NCBI GenBank assembly: GCA_046704985.1
Contig: JBJKQV010000178.1
Location: forward strand, 1 to 35,270
From: Terriglobia bacterium
Lineage (GTDB): Bacteria > Acidobacteriota > Terriglobia > UBA7540
Direction: 5' to 3'
Length of the DNA: 35,270 nucleotides
The notes beneath the pieces were generated by a model. The model saw nothing but the letters and a program-made list of their open reading frames with translations. It was not told the origin of the DNA and did not search any database. Below are positions 9,053 through 16,172 of the stretch, piece after piece. A program made the translations under genes and the position numbers. Within the stretch, counting starts at the first letter, position 1. The number at the start of each line of letters is the position of its first letter.

Positions 9053-10216
9053 TCAGGCAATACGCCGGCCGAATTTTTTCAAGGCGACCGGGTCAATTTC
9101 GAAACCGAAGCCGGGCCGCTCGGAAAGATAGACTACCCCCGCGCGGATTTCAGGGCGGCCGAGATACAAGCGGTCCCAGAAGGGATCGCGCTCACGGTTG
9201 GGGAAAGCCTCAACAATGTAGCCGTTGCTCGCCGCCGCGACCAGGTGGGCATGGATTTGAGGATCGTGGTGCGGAGCCATCAGCACTCCGTTGGCGGCCG
9301 CGCAGGCGGTGATTTTCAGCCACTCGGTAATGCCTCCTGCGCGCGTGCTGTCGAATTGCATGAGGCGAATGCCGCCGTGGTCAATCAGGTCCCGGCAGCC
9401 CCAGCGGTGAATCTCGCTTTCGCCGCTGGCGATGGGGATATGGGTGGAGAGGGCCACTTGTTTGAGGCCGGAGCCGGCGTCGTACCAGCGCACGGGTTCT
9501 TCCAGCCAGTCGATTCCAAAGGGGGCAAACGCCTTGGCCGCGGCAATGGCGGCGGGCACGTCGTAGGCTTGGTTGGCGTCCAGGAAGAGGCAAATGTCCG
9601 GGCCCACCGCTTCCCGGACCGCCTGCACCCTGCGCACGTCCTCGCGCAGCGGGAGCCCGCCGATCTTCATCTTGACGGCCTTGTATCCTGCCCCCACATA
9701 CCCCCGCATCTCCGCCACCAGTTTCTCCACGGCCGCTTCACCGCGCGGCCCGTAGTAGCCCCCGCTGGCATAGGCTTTGGCCTTGCCTTCCTGGCCCCCC
9801 AGCAGGCGGAATACCGGCAGACCCAGGCTCTTGCCTTTGATATCCCAAAGAGCGATGTCGATGCCGGCGATGGCCGCCAAGGTTTGCGCGGGCGGGATGG
9901 TGCTGAGTTGAGGCTGCTGCTTCTTTCCGCGCGGAGCCAGGGGAGGCCGCGTGCAGGTGGTCAGAAACAGGTCTTCGTATATCGTTTCGGTGGCCAGAGG
10001 GTCACGCCCCAGGAGCAGGGGGGCGAAAACCTCACGGATGATCGCCGCGATGGCCTTCAGGGGGCGGCCGTGGATTTCACCGATTCCCGAAATGCCTTCG
10101 TCCGTTTCAATGCGCACCAGGATCTCGGAAGCGTCTTGGATCGGTTCCAGCGACATCCAGAAAGCCCGCTTGAGCTGGACGCGAAGCAGATGGAGCTTGA
10201 TGGCGGTAATCTTCAT
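9053..10216 (-). CDS. Enolase-superfamily enzyme, mandelate racemase subgroup (putative acid-sugar dehydratase)
   Basis: The N-terminal capping domain is GISGIGEIHG. A KxK motif lies in YKAVKMKIGG. Metal-ligand contexts are FLDANQAY, IDWLEEPV and IASGESE. Asp and His candidates lie in MQFDSTRAGG and LMAPHH. ATG 10216 (MKITAIK) has GAGGTG upstream. Confidence 0.85.
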   Translation of the reverse strand: MKITAIKLHLLRVQLKRAFWMSLEPIQDASEILVRIETDEGISGIGEIHGRPLKAIAAIIREVFAPLLLGRDPLATETIYEDLFLTTCTRPPLAPRGKKQQPQLSTIPPAQTLAAIAGIDIALWDIKGKSLGLPVFRLLGGQEGKAKAYASGGYYGPRGEAAVEKLVAEMRGYVGAGYKAVKMKIGGLPLREDVRRVQAVREAVGPDICLFLDANQAYDVPAAIAAAKAFAPFGIDWLEEPVRWYDAGSGLKQVALSTHIPIASGESEIHRWGCRDLIDHGGIRLMQFDSTRAGGITEWLKITACAAANGVLMAPHHDPQIHAHLVAAASNGYIVEAFPNRERDPFWDRLYLGRPEIRAGVVYLSERPGFGFEIDPVALKKFGRRIA

Positions 10217-10493
10217 AGCGCGGGACACCTCGAGTTTGTGGCCGTCCGGCTTGCGCGCGTCACTCTGCTGACGGAGCCCGGTTTACTCAAACCATCATAA
10301 GGCAAGACACAGTGAAACTGAAGGCGTCCCCCGGCGGGGGGACGGTGGCGGCTGAAGGGCCGTCGCGGCACCGCAAGCGCCTTTATAGATTACCAATTTA
10401 ATGGTACGCTATTCAACTCGTTTTACTCGCCGGGAGGCACTTGGCCCCCCGGGGGCAGTGACCCCCGGCGAGGACCTGGAAGGGAGGCGGGGC

Positions 10494-12155
10494 ATGAAAG
10501 GCGAAGGGATCGGGCGGCGGGGCTTTCTCAAGGCGGCCGCGGGAGCGGCGGCGGCATCCGTGGTGACGCCACCGGGATCGGCGAAGGCGGCGGAACCTCT
10601 CCCCCAGCAGGAATATGGCGAGCCGTATTCACTGGCCGGCAAGCGCCTAGTCTTCCTGAACTGGCACTACATCCGCCCCGGCACTTTTGGCTGGTACGAC
10701 TCCTCGGGGTGGAAGGTGGGGCTCACCGATGCCGTCCCCCCAGGGGAAGCCCATCTGCGCCGCAAGGACAGTCCGCGCGGAATTCGCCTGGTGGCACAAC
10801 CCGCTCAGCGCCTGGGGCCGCTGTTTGAGGCTTCCCAACCGTGGGAGGAGGGTGCGGGCGTGGCGCTCACCACGGTCGTCCAGGACGGCGGCGTGTATCG
10901 CGCCTGGGGCGCACCGTTTACCACTGCCGGCAATCCTCCCGGGCAGAAGTACTTCACCTACTACGAGTCATCCGACGGCCTGACCTGGAAGCGGCCGAGC
11001 CTGGGCATCGTGGATTTCCAGGGAAGCAAGAACAACAACATCGTGAACATCTTCGGCACCGACGGGGGCACGGTCTTTGTCGACCCTTCCGCTCCCCCTG
11101 CCGAGCGCTACAAGATGATCGCCGAAATGAAATTCAGCGCCCGGGTTTGCAACGCTTACCGGCGCCGCCGCCCGCACGATTGGGGCCCGCTCGTTAAGTC
11201 CCACGCCGACGGCTCGGCCAAGGGGTTGACCGGGGCGGCCTCGGCCGATGGGATGCACTGGAAGCAGTTCCCGGATCCGATGGTGATCGAGTACACCGAC
11301 ACGCAGATCACCGCCTACTACGACCAGCAACTCGGCAAGTACGTCGCCTATACGCGCAGCTACCCCGTCGGCCTGCGCGCTCCGGACGCCCACCTGGATG
11401 GAAAGCAGACCTGGCGCGTCACCCGGCGCTCCATCGGCCGCGCGGAAAGCGACAGCTTCCGGGAGTTTCCCCTCCAGAAGACCATGCTCGAACCCGGACT
11501 GCGCCTCTCACCTTCGCAAGTCCTGTATACCAATTGCAAGACCACCATCCCCGGTGCGCCCGACCATCACCTGCTGTTTCCCGCCGTCTGGGACATGGCC
11601 GTGGACACCACGAGCATTCACGTGGCCAGCAGCCACGACGGGAGGCTGTGGCACTTCCTCGAGGGGTCGCCGGTCTTCGAGCCCGGCCCCTTTGGCGCCT
11701 TCGACGGAGGGGTGATCTTTGCCCATCCCAACCTGGTCGAGCTGGCGGACGGGCGCTTTGTGCTTCCTTACACCGGCTACGACGTGCCTCACAAATACCC
11801 GCGCAAGCTCTGGAAGTACGCCCCCGGCTACGCCGTGTGGCCCAAAGGGCGGCTGGTGGCTTTGCAGGCGGATTACGGCGAATTCGCCACGGTGGCTATC
11901 ATGCCCCCGGGCCGTCACCTGCGCATCAACGCCCTCACCGACCGGGGAGGGAGCATCCGCGTGGAGGTGGCGGGATTCGACCATCAGCCGCTGCCACACC
12001 GCTCGTTCCAGGACTCGACGCCTGTCTTTGGCGATTTGCACTGGAGCCCGCTGAGTTGGAACGGTGAAGAGGACCTGGGCAACGCCGAGGGCTCGCCGGT
12101 GATGCTGCGCTTCCGGCTCGACCACGCGCGGATCTTCGGCTTGGAGTTTGCTTGA
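10494..12155 (+). CDS. Twin-arginine-signal secreted beta-propeller-like protein, paralog of 7410..9026
   Basis: ATG 10494 is preceded by GGAAGGGAGG. The signal is MKGEGIGRRGFLKAAAGAAAA. It is collinear with 7410..9026 (RLVAQPAQRLGP, YESSDGLTWKRP, ASADGMHWKQFP, TNCKTTIPGAPDHHLLFPAVW, SSHDGRLWHF, LRFRLDHARIFGLEFA). Confidence 0.8.
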   Translation: MKGEGIGRRGFLKAAAGAAAASVVTPPGSAKAAEPLPQQEYGEPYSLAGKRLVFLNWHYIRPGTFGWYDSSGWKVGLTDAVPPGEAHLRRKDSPRGIRLVAQPAQRLGPLFEASQPWEEGAGVALTTVVQDGGVYRAWGAPFTTAGNPPGQKYFTYYESSDGLTWKRPSLGIVDFQGSKNNNIVNIFGTDGGTVFVDPSAPPAERYKMIAEMKFSARVCNAYRRRRPHDWGPLVKSHADGSAKGLTGAASADGMHWKQFPDPMVIEYTDTQITAYYDQQLGKYVAYTRSYPVGLRAPDAHLDGKQTWRVTRRSIGRAESDSFREFPLQKTMLEPGLRLSPSQVLYTNCKTTIPGAPDHHLLFPAVWDMAVDTTSIHVASSHDGRLWHFLEGSPVFEPGPFGAFDGGVIFAHPNLVELADGRFVLPYTGYDVPHKYPRKLWKYAPGYAVWPKGRLVALQADYGEFATVAIMPPGRHLRINALTDRGGSIRVEVAGFDHQPLPHRSFQDSTPVFGDLHWSPLSWNGEEDLGNAEGSPVMLRFRLDHARIFGLEFA

Positions 12156-12229
12156 CCCCTTGGCGCAGCATGACGGGGAAAGGCCGCGAGTGCTCAGGCG
12201 CGGCTTCAGGGAAATGGAGGCAGTGGAAA

Positions 12230-13480
12230 ATGAGGATTCGCCAAGCGCCTGAGCGCCCACGGCATCGACGGCGGGGCGTGGTCCTGCTCGCCCTGGCGGC
12301 GATCGCGGGGGGCTTGGCCGTGTGGGGCGCCGGTCTGCCCGCTCCGTCATCTTCATTGCCGCAGATGCTCAAAATTGTCTGGCAGAAGGGGCCCGACCTG
12401 CCGCAGGGATTTCAAGACAGCAGCGGCGGCATCGTCGATCACTTTCTGGTGACGGTGGCGGGTTTCTGCACGGGCCAGACCCAAGGCGTGGTCAATAAAC
12501 TTGGCAAATATCCCCGCGGGTTCCTCAAGAAGTCCTGGGCGCTCAATCTTCAGGCGCCGCAAAGCGGCTGGCAGCGCTTGCCGGATTTTCCCGGGGCGGC
12601 CCGGCAAGCGCTTACCTGCGCTGCTGTGGACAACCATATTTATTGCTGGGGCGGCTTCAGTGACTTCTCTCCCTATTGCTACCGCGACGGTTACGAGTTG
12701 TCCCGGACGGACGGCCAATGGAAATGGCAGAGCTTGCCGGAACTCCCTTGGAGGTACGCTGGGGCCGGGATGTGCGCAGTGGGGCCGAAGATCTACTGGC
12801 TGGGCGGAGTGGACCGCGCCGAGACCCACACGAAGTTCTACACCAACTCCGGCCCCGCGGGCCGTGTCTCCCGCCGGGGCGCGCGTCTGCTGGTTTTTGA
12901 TACCCGCGAGCCCCAGCGGGGATGGCAGGAATTGCCGAGCTGCCCCGGAACACCCCGCTGGGTGCCCGCGATGGCGGCGGTGAAGGGAGAGATCTATGTC
13001 CTCGGCGGGGCCACGGGGAGGGACAACCCCACCGGCCACTACTGCACGGTGGTGGATAACTGGAAGTTTGACCCCGCCCGCAAGGCCTGGACACGCCTGC
13101 CCGACTCTCCCGTTTCCAGCGGGAATTTTCCCACCGGCGCCATTGTTTATCAGCACCGTTTCATCCTGCTGATTGGGGGCGGCCAATACCCTCACGTCAT
13201 GGGCCCCTCGGGAACCCTGAGCAAGCCCTACGGGAAGACCTTCAAGCATTACCTCCATAATCCTTACAACAGCAACGTGTGGGTGTTTGATACCCGCACC
13301 AACGCCTTCGGCACGGCAACTCCCCTGCCGCTTAACAACAATTTGCCTATGGCGGTCCTGGAAGGAAACCAGCTCAACTTGCTTGGGGGCGAGACGGGCG
13401 GGGCGGTCGTCGACGGCGAGTACTTTGGCCACCATCCCGACCTTTACCTGGTTGGGGAGATCTCCCGTGTCCGTCACTAG
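12230..13480 (+). CDS. Kelch-repeat beta-propeller protein (NanM/YjhT mutarotase-like), N-terminal twin-arginine signal or anchor
   Basis: ATG 12230 is preceded by GGAGG. The N-terminus is RHRRRGVVLLALAAIAGGLAV. Blade motifs repeat: IYCWGGF, IYWLGGV, IYVLGGA, ILLIGGG, LNLLGGETGG. W-x-x-LP motifs are also present (WQRLPDFP, WQSLPELP, WQELPSCP, WTRLPDSP). Confidence 0.75.
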   Translation: MRIRQAPERPRHRRRGVVLLALAAIAGGLAVWGAGLPAPSSSLPQMLKIVWQKGPDLPQGFQDSSGGIVDHFLVTVAGFCTGQTQGVVNKLGKYPRGFLKKSWALNLQAPQSGWQRLPDFPGAARQALTCAAVDNHIYCWGGFSDFSPYCYRDGYELSRTDGQWKWQSLPELPWRYAGAGMCAVGPKIYWLGGVDRAETHTKFYTNSGPAGRVSRRGARLLVFDTREPQRGWQELPSCPGTPRWVPAMAAVKGEIYVLGGATGRDNPTGHYCTVVDNWKFDPARKAWTRLPDSPVSSGNFPTGAIVYQHRFILLIGGGQYPHVMGPSGTLSKPYGKTFKHYLHNPYNSNVWVFDTRTNAFGTATPLPLNNNLPMAVLEGNQLNLLGGETGGAVVDGEYFGHHPDLYLVGEISRVRH

Positions 13481-13813
13481 AACGATCAAACCGCTCATCG
13501 CAGGCGAGCTGCGGCACGGGGCACTCCCGGGGTCGCAAGGACAGGGCACAGGTGGAATACCTGGTTCGGATTTCATATTGTTGGTGCCCTGCGACAACAT
13601 GCTCAAGTTGATCGGCAACGAGGCTCATTCCTTGAGCGCGGTCGTGCTGGATGGCTTCACGGTCCAGCAGGAGTTTTGGCCGGCCGATGCGCCAGCCTTC
13701 CAGTTTCGCCCGCCACAAGCCAGACGGCGGCACGGTCTTGGTCAATTTTTCGGCCTGGAATTTGCCTCAGGATGCGGTGTGAGCCGGATGGGGGGGGCAA
13801 GCCACTGGGCCGT

Positions 13814-15037
13814 TCATGCCCGGCGCGCGGCGGGCATGAAGAAGCGCGCCAAGATGCCTCCCAGGAGCATGCCCGCGCCCAGCAACGCAAAAGCGTAGAT
13901 GAAATTGCCGGTGCGCTGCTTGAAGTATCCTACCAGCAGCGGCCCGAAGTAGCCGCCCAGGTTGCCCAGAGCGTTGACCAGCCCCATGGCCGTGCCGGCG
14001 GCGCGGCGGGGCAGGGTTTCGGTGGGAATGGCCCAGAAGGGTCCCATGGCGCCGTACGACCCGGCGCCCACCAGGGCCACCAGGGCAAAGGAGAGCAGCG
14101 GCGCGCGGGTACTCAGTGCCACGCCGCCCAGCAGCAGGATTCCAGCCCATGCCAGCCCCGCCGCCACGTGCCGGCTGCGCTCGCGCTCGCGGTCGGAGTG
14201 GCGTGAGAGAATTTCCATCCCCAGCGCCGTCAAAGCAAAGGGCAGCGTGAAGAGCAGGCCAACCGAGAATTCACTCAGTTTCTTGTGGCTTTCCAGCGCC
14301 GTGGGCAGCCAGAACAGGTAGCCGTAGTTTCCCGTGTTGAGCAGGAAGTAGACCACCACCATCACCAGCACGTGCGGGCGCAGAAGCGTGCGCAGATAAG
14401 GTTCCGGAGCCGCCGGCTCGGTCTCGCTGGCCTCCCGCTCCAGGGTGGTTTCCAGGTACGTGCGCTCTTCCGGCGAGATCCAGGAAGCCTGGCGGGGATG
14501 GTCGTTGATGAAGAACGCCCATACGCCCAGCCACAGGATCGGCCACAAGCCTTCGAAGATGAGCAGCACTCTCCAGTCCCAGTGGCCCAGAATCCATCCC
14601 GACAGGGGGGAGGAGATCACCACCGCCACGGGAAGGCAGAGCATCCAGTAAGCGTTGGCGCGGGCGCGCTCGGTGCGCGGGAACCAGTGCGCCAGCAGCA
14701 CCAGGGTGGCCGGCCAGACACCGCCCTCCGCGATGCCCAGCATCAGGCGCATGGTCCAGAATTCCCGCCCCCTATGCACCAGGCCGGTCAGCACTGCGCA
14801 GGCGCCCCACAGCGCCAGCAGGATGGCGACAAAGCGCTTGGCGCTCCAGCGGCTGGCCAGATACCCGCCGGGAATTTGCAGCACCAGGTAGCCCCAGAAA
14901 AACACCCCCGCGGCGCTCCCCGCCTGCTGCGCGTCCATGTGCAATTCACGGCTGATCTGGGGCAGGGCGAGGGAGATGTTGGTGCGGTCAACGAAGGCGA
15001 TGGTATACATGATGAAGGCTACAGGAATTATGCGCAT
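13814..15037 (-). CDS. MFS transporter, anion:cation symporter (ACS) type, like hexuronate/galactonate/rhamnonate transporters
   Basis: The sequence is hydrophobic and multi-span. The N-terminus IIPVAFIMYTIAFVDRTNISLALP plus GYLASRWSAKR is typical of ACS-family MFS. The start is uncertain: I use ATG 15037; GTG 15055 is an alternative; the track's TTG 15184 has no RBS. Confidence 0.8.
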   Translation of the reverse strand: MRIIPVAFIMYTIAFVDRTNISLALPQISRELHMDAQQAGSAAGVFFWGYLVLQIPGGYLASRWSAKRFVAILLALWGACAVLTGLVHRGREFWTMRLMLGIAEGGVWPATLVLLAHWFPRTERARANAYWMLCLPVAVVISSPLSGWILGHWDWRVLLIFEGLWPILWLGVWAFFINDHPRQASWISPEERTYLETTLEREASETEPAAPEPYLRTLLRPHVLVMVVVYFLLNTGNYGYLFWLPTALESHKKLSEFSVGLLFTLPFALTALGMEILSRHSDRERERSRHVAAGLAWAGILLLGGVALSTRAPLLSFALVALVGAGSYGAMGPFWAIPTETLPRRAAGTAMGLVNALGNLGGYFGPLLVGYFKQRTGNFIYAFALLGAGMLLGGILARFFMPAARRA

Positions 15038-15660
15038 CCATCGCTGGTTGGGCACGGCTCCACGTCCTGGCACGGCGCGCGGAGAGCGGTGCCAGGCTGT
15101 CGAAGTAAGGCGCCGTCCACGCGGGCGGGAAATGACTCGAGTACGAAGAATAGTATCAACGGGATCATTGAACCCGTCAAGCAAACACCACCAGGAGAGT
15201 GATTGTAGTGTTCCAATCTTATATAAATCTATATCCGATGGCGTGCCGGCGCGGGATCGATTGTAGGCTTGTGGTACCTGTTCGTTTTATGTCAAGCCGA
15301 CACCGGGAGATCGAGCGCAGGTTGTCAATTGCCAAGGATGCCTGCGGCAACAACTCTTCTTTGAAGACCGAAGCGACGGCGAGCAACCTAGCAATCTTCT
15401 GTCTTTACCTGAATGCCCTTGATGCAGGTTTCAGGTCGACTCGGTCAATTCTCGATTTGTGGTGGGGAAACGTTGGAGGGATCCAGTCCATTGACTGTGG
15501 GGACTCTTGTGGGGACCCCAAATGCATTTGCACCTCTGTTGGTGCAACTCAAAACAACTCCCTCCAAGTCGGCAGCTCGTTGACCTACAAGGCGTTGCAG
15601 GGTTTTCTGCCTTCGGTTCAAGGAGTTGTGAATCTGGCTCAATTACGGCTCTTCATCAGC

Positions 15661-15693
15661 GGGTTGGGGGTTCGATTCCCTCACGGCTCACCA
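15661..15693 (+). other. Orphan tRNA-like 3' end (T-arm plus acceptor 3' strand plus ACCA) without a cloverleaf partner
   Basis: GGGGG-TTCGATT-CCCTC forms a canonical T stem-loop. It is followed immediately by 7 nt (ACGGCTC), then A, then CCA. I could not find a complementary 5' acceptor strand, D-arm or anticodon arm within about 450 nt upstream. Confidence 0.35.
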
Positions 15694-16022
15694 GCTTTCC
15701 CATATTCCACGTCGACGTTTTGCAGAGTGAATCCACGGGCAGGTTCCAGTAGTACGGGTCGCCACGGTGTCGCGCGGCGGAACGGTGGGTTTTCAGCCGG
15801 CTTGAGAAGGCCACGACACCCAAAACCTGTCGTGGCTACCCGCTCAGTAGCGATCCGCGACGGGCTTGGTCGCCACGCTTGATTGGCCGTTTGAATCAAC
15901 CGTGGGCGTTTCGCATCAGGAAATAGCCGTGGTCAGAAAATCACCGACCATGACGACCCACCTGGCACCAGGCGACAGTGAGGCGCCGCGGTTACAATGG
16001 TCGAGGCTTCGGCGGGCGGGCG

Positions 16023-16172
16023 TCAACGCATGGCCAGCAGCGCCGCCATGGTCTCGGTGCCGTTCCACAAGTTCTGCAGGCGCAGATTCTCGTTGGCGGC
16101 GTGCTGATTGTCGTCGTAGTTGGCAATGGGGACGGTGACGGTGCGGGTGTTGGCGGCGCGCTCCATCGCGCC
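16023..16172 (-). pseudogene. In-frame continuation of the M20 peptidase downstream of the TAG (49 codons plus TGA)
   Basis: Reverse-strand translation directly after the TAG, in the same frame, gives GAMERAANTRTVTVPIANYDDNQHAANENLRLQNLWNGTETMAALLAMR*. This has the C-terminal character of M20 dipeptidases (N-x-D-x-x-Q-H-x-x-NE...L...G). The intact gene would therefore span 16023..17498. Confidence 0.6.

Noticed and set aside
15300-15693. tmRNA (ssrA) gene ending at the T-arm/ACCA at 15693. This was attractive because the segment is about 52% GC and about 400 nt of non-coding DNA precedes it.
   Set aside because: No 5' strand complementary to the acceptor 3' strand (ACGGCTC) exists within 450 nt. 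The pairing would give G2-U71 rather than the G3-U70 needed for alanylation. No GGNTTCGAC-type 5' region is in register. No frame has a short tag ORF ending in hydrophobic-Ala-Ala-stop. I also checked a permuted arrangement downstream and found it unconvincing. It needs ARAGORN or Infernal to be sure.
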